From: Elsinoe ampelina
Lineage: Eukaryota
Assembly: GCA_010093995.1 (NCBI GenBank)
Contig: ML992502.1
Location: 444,760-508,759 of the forward strand
Direction: 5' to 3'
DNA: 64,000 bases
In this document: piece by piece, positions 12,601-24,999 of the stretch
Position numbering within the stretch: the stretch's first letter is position 1
Layout of the letters: each line of letters opens with the position of its first letter
The notes under the pieces: generated by a model
What the model saw: the letters and a program-made list of their open reading frames with translations, nothing else
Database searches by the model: none
Told to the model about the DNA's origin: nothing
Program-made: the position numbers and the translations under genes

Positions 12601-15600
12601 AACTAGATCACGCTTAAGGATAGTGCTAAACTACTACGTATAGAACCCCTATAGCGCCTATCCCCTAAGGAGCTTAATATAGTAGAGTAATTTATCTATA
12701 AACACCTTAATAAAGGCTTTATTATACTAAGCTCTACTAGCTATTCCTTATCTATTCTCTTTATTCGTAAGCTAGGTAGAGGTCTCTACCTCTATGTTAA
12801 TTACTATAGCCTTAATAAGGTAACTAAGTAAGATATCTATCTACTACCTCTTATTAAAGAAACACTTACGCGCGTAAGTAAGGCTAAATAGTTTAGCAAG
12901 ATTAACATCTATTAAGCCTTCTACTACCTCTATAACTCTATCGATAGTAAGGATCTAACTATGTTCTTTATATATATAGGTAACTTTAAGTAGTTAGTAA
13001 TGCCTTTTAGCTTTACTAATACCTCTATAGTATAGTAGAGGTTTATAAATTAGAATTTTGTCGATATACTAGAGTACTTCGTATTAATCTATCTAGATAA
13101 TATTCTTATCTATACTAATAGTACTTACCGAGAGCACGCCGAGTATATTAAGCTTATACTCTAGAGACTCTATAAATTAGGCCTAAATATTAATATTAAA
13201 AAGAGCAAGTTCTACCTAATAGAGGTAAAGTACCTCGGTATTATTATTAGCTAAGATAGAGTTAAGATAGACCCTAAGAAGGTAGAAGCTATTTAAGCGT
13301 AGAAATAGCTAGCCTCTAGTAACACTACTTAGGTAAGAAGCTTTATTAGCTTCTATAGCTACTATCGCTACTTTGTTAAGGAATTTAGTACTATTGCTAA
13401 GCTATTAAATAATCTACTTAAGAAAGATACTACACTATAGAACGATAAGTACACTACTATATTTAATTATATAAAGTATACTATTATAAGTATATCTATC
13501 CTTACGTACTTCGATTGCTTAAAGTAGATAGTCCTTAAGACTAATAGTTCTAATACTACTACTACTAGAATTCTATTATAATATAACAAATCTAATATTC
13601 TTTAGCCTATTACCTTTTTTAGTAAGTCTATAAACGAAGCTAAACGTAACTACGCTATCTACGATAAAGAACTACTAGCTATTGTTTAAGCCTTTAAGGA
13701 GTAAGCCTCTAAGCTTATAAGTACTTAATCTAATAAGGCTATCTATGTCCTTACTAACTACTAATCCTTAATGCACTTTATAAAGACTTAGAAGCTGTTA
13801 CGCTACTAAGTATACTAGGCTCTCTACCTTACGTAGTTTAACTTTAAGATTATATATAGGCCTAGCGCTACTAATAGTAAAGCTAATATACTTATAAGAA
13901 GGAATAGAGATATACTACGCTCGAAGGAAGACTCTAACCTCCGCTAGACGTTATTACTATATAAGGTACTTAATCTACATATTATTAACAAACTAAATCT
14001 AGGTTGTATCTAAACTAGATTACTAGCTCGAGTCGAACTAGCATTTAGTTCGTTATCTAGTTTGTAAACTAGTTCGTTATCTAGCTTATTACCTATCTTA
14101 CCTTCTATTTCGTAACCTATATTAGCGCCTATTTCGGCTACTAAACTAGGCATCTACGTAGTACCTATAATAGCTATAGAAGAGCCTTTATCTCTTTTTA
14201 AAGAAGTAGCTAAAGCTAACTTATAGGACGCTAAGTGTAAAACAGTTTAAGACATCTACTATATAATAGAGACCTTCCTAAAGAGGAAATAGCTATTGTT
14301 AACTAATGTTACTATTAATAAAGGGATGTTATAGGTTGCTAGCTAACTATTCGTACTGTAGTTAATAGCTATAAAGGTTATCTAAGAGATCTATATATCG
14401 AAGAACTATATATATACTAGAGCTACTAAAATAGCTACTATAATTAAGACTACCTTTTTTATCCTAGACTATAATAACTTTATTAAGAGGTTTATTACTA
14501 ATTACTATAACTATAAACGCTTAAAGGCTTACTATAGCTTACTAGCTAGCCTTCTATTGCCTTTACCTATTCCGGAAAGACCCTAGTAACATATTATAAT
14601 AGACTTTGTTACTAGTCTACCCTTAGCTAATAGCTATAATATAGTACTCTATGTCGTTAATCGTTTATCTAAGAAACAACACTTAATCTCTTATTTCTCT
14701 AGAGATAGAGAGACCTTAGCGTTTAAGACTACTAAGTTATTATTCTTCTACGTGTAGAAACTATATAGCCTACTAGATAGTATTACCTCCGACTACGGTC
14801 CCTAGTTCGTTAGCGACGTATAGAGTAGACTCTACTAGATCCTAAAAATTATAGCTAAGCTCTCGACTACTAGCTACTCTTAAACTAATAGCTAATTAGA
14901 GGTTATAAATTGTAAGTTTAAGTAAGTTATCTATTTATACGCTATACGCTTTAGTAATTAGACTCTTATTCTACTAGTAGTAGAGTTCTCTACTGATACT
15001 AGCCTATTAGAAAGTACTAAGTTATTACTCTTTAAGGTTACTAGAGGATATAAGCCTAAGCTAAGCTTCTAGCCTCTCTCTAACGCACTATTAACAAGAG
15101 CTAAGCTTAATAAGGCTAACATCTAAGCACTTACTAAATAACTAAAGGAGGCGCTATCTATTACTAAGGCAAACCTTACTATTACCTAATTACGTATAGT
15201 GGAATAGGCTAATAAACACCGCTAGCTAATAGAATTTAAGGTAGGTAATTTAGTTTAGTTATTAACAAAAAACCTCTAGCTTTAAGGCAATCTAAAGCTA
15301 CTACTAAAACATGTTAGTCTATATAAGATCTTAGAGAAGCGTTTAAGGCTATTATATAAGCTAGAGCTTCTACTAGCGCTATAACAAATTTACCTAGTAC
15401 TCTACGCTAATCTCCTAACTAAGTACTCTAATAACTCCTTTCTAGGCTAAGCCTTTAAAGAGCTACCTCTAATAGAGGTTAATAGTAAAGAGAAGTATAA
15501 GGTAGATAATATAATTAACATATGTATATTATAAGGGAAGCTAGTTACCTATGTAAGCTAGAAGAAATATCTAGAGAATCTTACCTAGTAGCTAATTAAT

Positions 15601-15729
15601 AATCTTAAAGGAGTAGCTAATATACTATACGACTATCTAGACTCTTACACGGATAAGCTAAGGCTAAAATAGATTAATAGATAGTGTATAATAGCGTTTA
15701 AGAGTAAACGCGTTTAAGAGAGAGAGTAG

Positions 15730-15931
15730 TAATATAAGGTAGATACAAACTAGATTTAGTTAGGATTTAGTTTAGATTAGTCACGTAATCTCGGTATTAT
15801 AGCCTAGGCTTTTAGCCGCTCTACCCTCGATATTACATATGCTTTATATACTAGCTTTCTTCTTCTTCTTCTAAGTCTCGATATCTTAATAAATAGACGT
15901 AATTAACTTCTTATCTTACTAGTCGTAATTA
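15730..15931 (+). repeat. Family B LTR (3' LTR of B1, ~202 bp)
   Basis: Follows a purine tract. Homologous to 40665-40867, 46704-46906, 49069-49271 and, inverted, to 33082-33286 and 61683-61885. Confidence 0.93.
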
Positions 15932-17800
15932 TAGAGGCTAGTAAAGTAATTAAGGAGTCTATCTTATTATACTAACGAAGGTACTATAAGAACTTCTTAT
16001 AATAGTCGTCTTTATAGTAAGGTTCCTAAGTCTCTATATCCTAAGTGTTATTAGCTACTACTTACTAGAAAGACTATAGGCGCTTACATTATATACTATA
16101 AGCTTCTTAGAGGGGTTAAGAATTGTTATATAGTTATAAAGTATATCCTTTCTATCCTTAGTTTATATATAGTATTTCTTAAGCTTCTCTTGTCCCTTTA
16201 CTACTACCTTTTATATAGTAGCTAGCTATATAGGTAGATTGTTATAATCCTTAGTACTAATTAGGCCCTCTTCGATTTTATCTAAGAAGTTAAAGAGTGT
16301 ATTATATATTGTCTATATATATTAGAGAAGAGGTTAGCTACTAGTACTTAGCTATGTTATTACTTTCTTAAAGTTCTCTAGTATTACTATAATAGATTTA
16401 AGATGCTACTACTTATTTAGATTAAGTAATAACTTAGTAAGGTTATAGTTATTAACATTAGAGAGTAGTTTAGATATTAATACCTTAGAAGAAGTCCTCG
16501 GTGCTTAGAGTATAGTCTTATTCTCGAGCTAATCCTTAATAAAAGGTTTAAGCTTTAATACTTACTTATATATATTATATATCGAATTCTAGCGTGTCTT
16601 AATATTATATATAACTTAGTACCTCTTCTTAGGTAGTAGATACTTCTAGAGGTCTATAAATCGTTTAAACTATTATAGAGAACTATTAATTATAATATAT
16701 ATTACATAGAGCTTACTAATATTAGAATATAATAAAACAATATAATAAATATTATATACCTTCTATAGTAAATTTAGAATAGAGACTAATATTATAATAT
16801 CCTAGATATAGTAGTTTTATAACCTCTCTACTATGTTAATCTCTTTGCTTATCTTAAGTTTTAGATACTTAATAATGTTCTATATAACAAGATTAATAAT
16901 ATATACTAGGTATAGAATTATATTCTTCTTTATATTCTACTTAATATCTAGTATACCTAGGCTTCTTTTAAGAGACTCTCGGAGTATTCTATTATTTAAT
17001 ATATTGTCTACTATAACTATAAGTAGTTATTACTTAACTAATGTATCTTTTAGTACCTATATTACCTTATTTACTATAGCTTTACTAGTGTAGCGACCTT
17101 AAAGAGGTATTATTTCTAGGAGCTACTCTTATAATTACTATTAGTTATTAATAAAATAGCCTTCAATTATAATAAACCCTAAGTAGTTATTAGTAGACTA
17201 TTTATCTAACGCTATTAAAAGCTTAGTGTTCTTACTAAGGTTAGAGAGTAGTAATTTTTATAACCTCTTAAATTATACTACTAGTGTTACTTAAAAAAGA
17301 GTCTAGCTAGGTATAGTAATATTAGGTTAGAGAAAGTAGAGGAATTAGCTAAAGGTAAGACGCTTAACTATATAGAAAGACTAGTTATAGTTAGTAACTA
17401 CGTAAATAAGCTTGTAGTAGAAGGTGTTAGTAGAGAATAAAGAGACAATTTAGTAAATGCTCTTTATATGCTATTATAATTACTTAAGGGCTTTTTAGGT
17501 AGGGCTTTACTCGTAGTAGTACTTAATAACTATAGTATATTTCTAGGACTTAAGATGTTTCTCTATTACTTTATTACTAGTACAATAGTAAGTAGAATAA
17601 GTAAGTATATTACTATATCTATTATAAATAACTTATAGTTCTCTATTATAAATCTTAGTAGCTTCTATAATATTTGCCTATAGACCTCTAGAACGTGCTT
17701 TAGAATTCTAATTTAGTGCATTTTTCGTGCCCTCTCTATATATAGATACTATAATTATTTAACTCTACTAGTCTTTCTAGGCTTATTATAGAGGTTAATC
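15932..17800 (-). pseudogene. hAT transposase relic (hAT-2), C-terminally truncated
   Basis: Minus-strand motifs: BED finger ~17530-17630, IALDEWS ~17200, CLAHIINLV ~16900, TRWNS ~16590. The dimerisation domain is not seen; the relic is cut at the B1 LTR. Confidence 0.88.
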
Positions 17801-18299
17801 CTTAGATCTCTTACTAGGTTAAAAAGGCAAGTATTTAAGGAGTTATAATTGTTATATCTTACTATTATATCTAACATTTTAAGTAGAGATTATAAAGCTA
17901 CGTAATTCTACTAGAATAGCTAGAGAGAAATATATAGTATCTCTAAGTTATAGGTTAAGTACCGACTTAAAGTTAGAAGCTTTAGATATGTTAATTAGTA
18001 TAGATTATGTTATTTAATAAAGGTAGATAACTTATTATAGAATGTTTATTAACGTATTTATAATATGTAATAATAAATTCTATACTATACTATAGAAACT
18101 TTAAAGTAAGAGATATATTAATTTCTATAGGCTAGACTTATATTATATAGAGGCTAAGGAATAGGTAATATAATTAAAATTAAAAGCATGTCTATATTAG
18201 GGTAGAGTAGAAAATTTTTAAAATTAAAGGTATATCTATATTATAAAAAACCTACTAAAGCTATTAGCCTACTAATACTTTATTTATATTATACTACTA

Positions 18300-18784
18300 A
18301 ACTAGTTACTAGAAGAATTAGAACTATTAAGATCCTTAGGATTTAGAATTATCTAGCTTATCCTACTAGCATTTAACACTATAGTATATATTAAAGATTA
18401 TAATCTAATCCTAGATAAGATTAAGATAGTGACGATTAAGTATATACTATATGTCGATAAGGTTAAAAATATTATTAGTCTAGGAGCTATTATACTAATA
18501 CTTATTAGAGAATATAGTAGTATTAGATTAGAAATACTAATAAAGTTATAAGGGGTATTATAAGAGTAATAGGCCTTATAGCGAAGTTCGGAGTCTCTAT
18601 TATTATTATAGATATAAGTAGTCTACCTTTCCTTACTATTAATAAATTACTTAGTTATATAGTAGATATAAGCTTTATACTAATATAAGTATAGTAGCCT
18701 AGCGTAGTTACTACGAGTTATAGTATAAGGCTAATAGAGAATTAGATCTCCTAGGTTAGAATAGAGTTATACGTAAGAAGCTAT
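18300..18784 (-). pseudogene. hAT-2 cargo: small spliced Cys6 protein relic
   Basis: De-RIP CKAC-x17-C-x10-CKAC-x6-C, intron at the same position as in 3359-3846, then TNNIFDLIDMQ. Confidence 0.65.
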
Positions 18785-19074
18785 AATAATAAGGAAGAGA
18801 GGTTTTAGAAAGAAGAATAAACAGGAACGAGATAGCGTATATATCTAGTACCTCCTATTGTTTATAGTAACAATAGTAATAGAAATCTATTATTAGAAGT
18901 AATAATATAGATAATTTACTATTATTAGAGGTAACAATTAGAAGCATAAATAATAATAGTAGCTATATAGGAAGAGATCTTATTATAAAACTTAAATCTA
19001 TAAAAGGGCTAGACTATACTATAGATTAAACTACTTAGTAGTTAATTATAGTATAGAAAATCTACTAGTTAAAG

Positions 19075-20372
19075 CTAGTAAATTTATCTTCCTTAGTATC
19101 GACTATTTCCTTATTCCCTTCCTTATTATTATTCTTATTATTATTCTTATTATTATTCTTCTCTTTATCTCTATTCTCTAAAGAACTCTCTACTTTAACC
19201 CTCTCTCCCTTATTAATAATCTAATCCTTATTAGAGAAAAACCCCTTAAACTCTATATACTACTTATCTGTCTTATACTTATTAGCTAGTTTCTTAATCT
19301 TAGAGTTATAGTCTAGCTCGTATACTTCTTTATACTTGTTATTGTTATTAGGCTTTATATATTTACCTTTATCTATAAGATAGATTAGCTTAAGTAGTTA
19401 ATACTTAGCTAGAGGTGTAGAATTATAAGCTCTACTATTTGTTAGTATACTAACGTAATAATAATATATAATAATAATAAGGAACTTACTACTAGTTAGG
19501 ATCGGAGATAGTAGTAAGCCTACTTTCCTTACTAAGTTTCTAGATAAACTTTAAGTACTTCTTCTTAGTATTCTCGTTAGTATCTTTATTAATAGTAAGC
19601 TTAGTAGTACTAGCTATATAGATCTTATACTTAAGCTTCTCGAGAATTCCGCTAGAACTATATATCTACTTAGCTACTCTTAATATATTATTCTCCTTAC
19701 TAGACTTAGTAGTATAAGCTACCTTTACCTTTATAAGGACTTCTATATACTTTTAATATATAGCAAATTTTCTAATACGCTACTATTTAATATAGACTTT
19801 TCTAAACTTGCTAGATAGCTATTTATCTATAATCTATTAGTGTTAAACGTAATAATATAGTAGTATAATTATATAGCTTTACTAGGCGTTAAAATAGTAC
19901 TACTTTATTTTCTTAATCTTTTCTACGAGAAGTTCTACCTTTACTTCTTTACTAAGGTTCTAGACTTAAGTATTTATATTAAACTTCTTAAGTAAATTCC
20001 TCTTTATGCTATAATTAGTATCTCTAGCTACTTTAAGTACCTTAACCTTAGCTAACTATTAAGTATCTTTATCTTAGCGTATAATATTCTAAATATTCTA
20101 CTTTAAAGACTTACTTAAACCTACTTTAAAACTAGTTAAACAACTATAATATACGTTGCTACCTTAACTATGCTAAAGGATCTAGTATTTAATTTTAGCC
20201 TACTTAGACCTAAAGCCCTATACCTATTAGCTTAATACTTATAATAAAACACTATAATAATTATCTCTATTATAGTTTCGAACTTATTAAACTTATTCTT
20301 AATCTTAGGAGAGCTACTAGGAGAGGTATTAGAAGGTATATTAGCTATAGAAGTATCTAGAGAGGTTACTAT
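19075..20372 (-). pseudogene. hAT-2 cargo: unknown spliced gene 'X' with acidic tail
   Basis: Homologous blocks to 7340-8642, intron ~19435-19490 (gtaagt...ctaac...tag on the minus strand), TATA-like run ~20493. Confidence 0.6.
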
Positions 20373-21010
20373 AGTAAAATAAGATATAAAAGTTAAACTT
20401 AAGAGCGTAGAAACAAAAGAATAGTAGAGATAAGAAGAAAGAAAGTTAATAGAAGAAGAAGGAGAATAGAGGAGAGTAATATAGCTTTCTACTATATATA
20501 AAGTAATAATAAGGTAGCTAAGGTAGAATATAAAATATAAAATGTAAGGTTTTTAAGAATTATAGTATACTAAATTAGTATTGTATTATTACGCTAGATT
20601 ATTACATACTTATTATTAGTACTCTATAATATCTAGATTCTTCTTCTTCTAAGTGTTTAAATAAATCTAATATTATATGCCTTACTATTATAAATAATAT
20701 TATAATAAGTAAGTATTCTATATACTATATATTTCTAATTTATTAATTTTATATTCCTATTATAATATTATATTCCTATTGTTAGCTATACTATTACTAG
20801 CTACTAAATTATTATATATTTCTCTTCTTATTATATATTTCTCTTCTTCTACTTCTTTTACCTCTTCTCTTTCTACTTATCTTCCTTTATACTATTACTA
20901 TATCTACCTCGTTACTTTCTATGCTCTCTACTACCTTACCCTTACTACTATAAGATTACTTTATATTATAAGTACCTCCTAAGACTCTATCCTTAGTAGT
21001 AATAGTAACT

Positions 21011-21600
21011 ATACCTCCTAAGAGAGGTACTATAGTACTAACCTATAGTTATAGTTATAAGGGTAAGTTATCTAGTAGACCTAAGACTTCTACTACTAAG
21101 TAACTTTATAAGATAACTATTACTCCTAGAAAGAAGAATAAGTTTAAGGCTAGTAGTATAATTATTATAATTAATTATTATATTAAATTACTAATACTAT
21201 ATAGCTATTACTCTCCGAGAGATTTATTACTACTAGAAGTTAACTAAACTTCTCTACTATAAGCTTCTCTTTAGCTACCTTATCTATAAGATTATTAGAG
21301 ACTATATTTGTTAAGACGAAAGCTTTTATATCTAATCTAAAGCTCTTAAAGTACTTTAGGAAGTAATAGAGGTATTTATTATTAAGTATATAGAAGGTAT
21401 TTATTATTTAAATTTAATACTATTATAGATACTAATATTCTTAGACATAAACCTTAATTGTATTTATACTAAGTAAGTTACTATTAACTAGAAAGATTTA
21501 TAGCTTACTTGTCGCTATTATATAAAGTTTAATATATATAACTAGGACAATTAGATAATTTATAGTAAGGACAATTATTCTATAAAGGTAGATAAGTAAG
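21011..21600 (+). pseudogene. hAT-2 cargo: histone H3-like gene relic (3 exons)
   Basis: De-RIP reading MPPKRG...KFKAGT / (V)ALREIRHYQKSTELL.RKLPFSRL.REIIRD.....ESFRIQS.AL..LQEATEAF....E / D.NLNCIHAKRVTINQKDLQLACR. Introns at 21156-21204 and 21397-21444. 3' end approximate. Confidence 0.9.
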
Positions 21601-21922
21601 TAAGGCGTAGGCTATAAGAGTAGATAGAAGGTACTAGCAAGATTAACGTAATTAATAAACGTAATTATAACCTTTAACTTTTAAATTTTAATTTCTAAAT
21701 CTTAAGTTCTTAGGATATATATCTACTCCTCGACCCTTAGGCACCTATAGGTACTATTAGGTAGTGTTATAAGTAACACTATAACTAACTATATACCTAA
21801 GGCTAAGTAACACTACCTAAGGCTTAGAGAGTTATAGTAGCTAAGCTTTAGGTACTAGTATCGCTATAGGTTAGGTTATAGGTAGTAATTCTAGTACCTA
21901 ACCTAACCTAAAAACTACTCTA

Positions 21923-24900
21923 TGCCTAGTAGACTCCTATAGTAACCTTAGAGAAACAATTAGTCTCTTCTATGCTATAGATATAGAACTAGGCTCTCTA
22001 GTTATCTTAGAGCGTCTATAGTAGAGAAGATAATACGTAGTTATAGATAGTGCTATAGATAAGTAGTTATATAGCTACTCCCTACGTATAGTTTACTTAC
22101 GTAAGCTAGAAGACTTTATAAAGGACCTTAAGAATAAGCTAAAGGTATATACTATAGTATAGACTCCTACTAAGGAATATACTTATACTATAGGCAACCT
22201 AGCTCTACTACTAGAGTTTATAGAGTTCTCTAACGTCTTTACTTATAAGAATATTACTAATCTACTATACCTACTAAGTATAGAGTATATAATCGAGTTA
22301 GAGCTAGGTAAGAAGTCTCTATTCTAGCCTTTATATAACCTCTTAGTTAAGGAGCTTAAGGTACTTAAAGACTATCTTAAGACTACTTAATTAAATAGGT
22401 AGATTAGGTACTCTATAAGTAAGGTAGGTACTTCTATCTTATTTATGTCTAAAAAAGATAGTACTCTACGCTTATATATAGATTATTAAGGCTTAAACGA
22501 GGTAACTATTAAGAATTACTACCTACTCTTACTTATTAGTAAGATACTTAATTAGCTTAAGTAAGCCTAGTAGTTCTCGAAGCTAGATCTTAAGGATATC
22601 TATTATAGAATTCTTATTAAGTATAGTAATAAGTAGAAAACTATGTTCTATATATACTATAGCTATTTCGAGTATCTAGTTATACCTTTTAGATTAACTA
22701 ATACCTCTACTACTTTCTAGGCGTATATTAATAAAGCGCTAAGGGAGCTAGTTAATAATATTTATATTATCTACTTTAATAATATTCTTATCTATAGTAA
22801 CTTAAGAGAGAACTATATATACTATATACGTAAGATCCTTATAAGACTATAGAAGTTTATATTATATACTAGCCTTAAGAAATGTAAATTCTTTACTAAG
22901 AAAGTAGAATTCCTTAGCTATATCGTTTCTACTATAGGCGTCTCGATAGATCTAAGTAAAGTAACTATAATTAAGAACTAGCCGAGGCTAAAAAGCTATT
23001 ATAAAGTCTAGTAGTTTACTAGCTTTATAAACTTCTATCGGCGCTTTATATAGTACTACTCTAAGATTATTACTCCTTTCTCTAGTTTCCTTAAGAGCTT
23101 AGTTAAAGGTTATAAATATAGCTCTTTTATATAGAGTATAAGTAAATAGTAGATATTTAAGAATATTAGAGACGCCTTTATATAGGCCTCTATCCTTTAC
23201 TACTATAATTCTATACTACCTTTATATATTAAAAGTAATATATTAAAGTTTATAGTAGTAGCTATACTATTATAGCTATTTAATAGTATATAGTACTCTA
23301 TTACTTTCTAGTTAAGGAAGATAATCCTAGCTAAATATAACTACGAGATATACGACTAAGAGCTATTAGTAATCGTATATATATTTAAGTAATAGTAATA
23401 CTACCTCGAGAGTATCTTATATATAATCTAAGTACTTACTAACTATAATAATCTCTAAGGATTTATAAAGCTAAAATAGCTAAATAGCTAATAAGCTTAC
23501 TAGGCTACTTTCCTTATAGCTTTTAAGTTTATAATAGAGTACTAGCTAAGTACAAGAAACCTAGCTAATATACCTTTAAGGCGCCTTAACTACGTAGTAG
23601 AAGAGTAAGGGATGTTATACTTTCTCTTTGCTCTTTAGAATAAGCTTTATATATAGGACTAGACTACTAACACTAGGGAAGCTACTCTACTAGTTAGATA
23701 TATTTATACTATATATAAGGCTACTCTAAACTAGGCTTAGGCTACCTATATACTATATAGTAGTAACTTCTCTTCTAGAAACTCTTAGAGTCTTCTAGCG
23801 ACTTAGTAAGTTACTATTATAGTAATAGTAAGAGAGGATCCTTTTAAAGATTTCTCTACTAACTTATTATTAGTTATAGAGCTACTATAGAGATAAGACC
23901 TTAAGATTATAAAGCTACGTTTATAAGTAAAGAGTAGTAGAGACGAGAGTAAAGTACTATAGAGTCTAAAAGATAATCTTCTATTCTACTATAATATACT
24001 AGTTATTCTAAATAATAGTACTTTAAAGACATAGGTACTATATATATACTATAATAGTAAATAGGCTAGTTACTTTAGTAAAGATAAGACGCTTAAGCTC
24101 CTCTTATAAAAGTACTTTTAGATAGCTATAAGAAAAGATATTAATAACTACGTATAGTTATACTAAGTTTACTAGAAGTATAAGGTATACTACTACTACT
24201 TCTATAGTAAGCTATATACACTACTAATACTAGACTACCTATAGTAAGAAATTATAATAGATTTTATTACTAACCTACTACTAAGTAAGTAAGGTAATAG
24301 TATCTATAATATAGTACTAGTAAATATAAACTAATATACTAAGATATTACTATATATCTCTACTACTAAGAAGTATATGTCTATAGAGCTTATAGAGATT
24401 TTATAAGACTATATAATTTACTACTATAGTATTCTAAGAGAAATAGTAAGTAATTAAGGATTAGTCTTTACTAGCTAGTTCTAGAGTAATTTCTATTACG
24501 AGATACATATAAAGTATAGACTTAGTATAGCCTTCTACCTATAGATAGATAGGTAGACTAAGTAGTAGAACTAGACGTTAGAATAGTACCTAAGGTACTA
24601 CTATATAGAGCTATAGAACGATTAGGCTAAACGTCTATCTTAAGTAGAATTTATAAGTAATAACAGTATTTATACTATACTATATATAAGTCTCTTCTAG
24701 ATAATATATAGCTACTATTCTAAATTAGATATAATAGTTATTAAGTCTTAGAACGAGACTTTAGAAAGAAGAGTACTAGTAGTAATAGAATTAGTATAAT
24801 ACTTATAAGATATATATATAAAGCTAGTAGAGTAATAGAAAGAGGCTTTTACTTACTAGGCTAAGTACTATAATAAGAAGTATATACTAAAGGTATATAG

Positions 24901-24999
24901 TATAGGTAACTTAGTACTTCTCTTAGCTAAGAACTTATAGCTACCTATACTAAAGAAGAATATAAGTCTCTATTTCTTAAGTCTATTTTATATACTTAA
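21923..24999 (+). pseudogene. Family A pol relic (RT, RNase H, integrase)
   Basis: PILFVPKKDG.LRLCVDY-like ~22430-22490, YLVMPFGLTNAP ~22675, Y(F)DDILIYS ~22772, NYE.YDQELL ~23340, FHPQTDGQTE ~24530 (all de-RIP). Confidence 0.9.

Larger units (their letters stand above)
2129..15931 (+). mobile_element. Gypsy family B copy B1 (5' LTR missing; contains hAT-1)
   Basis: Leader from 2129 matches B3/B4 and resumes at 10055. Gag CCHC knuckle ~11330-11370 (C-Y-V-C-G-K-L-G-H-I-S-T-K-C after de-RIP), protease F-I-D-T-G-A ~11750, RT Y-L-D-D ~13090, integrase, chromodomain ~15490-15630, PPT and 3' LTR. Confidence 0.92.
15932..21922 (-). mobile_element. hAT DNA transposon hAT-2 (left end lost), with cargo genes
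   Basis: Transposase relic plus a right terminus ...acctaaaaactactcta ending at 21922. This is the same terminus as the TSD-flanked MITE at 30483-31436. Family A pol resumes immediately after. Confidence 0.88.

Noticed and set aside
16833..17093. 86-aa hydrophobic ORF
   Set aside because: Antisense to the hAT-2 transposase relic; its composition is a RIP artefact.
20779..20982. 67-aa ORF resembling a secreted or membrane peptide
   Set aside because: Lies in the pyrimidine-rich leader of the H3-like gene; low-complexity Y/L/S/T sequence.
9019..21600. Functional host histone H3/H4 locus
   Set aside because: Both H3-like genes have in-frame RIP stops, lie inside transposons, and no H4 partner was seen.
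21865..21912. Telomere-like ggttag/ctaacc units (also ~10020)
   Set aside because: Only 2-3 imperfect units, within hAT subterminal regions; not a TTAGGG array.
2191..21922. Starship (tyrosine recombinase) giant element as the cargo carrier
   Set aside because: No captain-like relic was recognised; TIRs, an 8-bp TSD and the transposase motifs indicate hAT.
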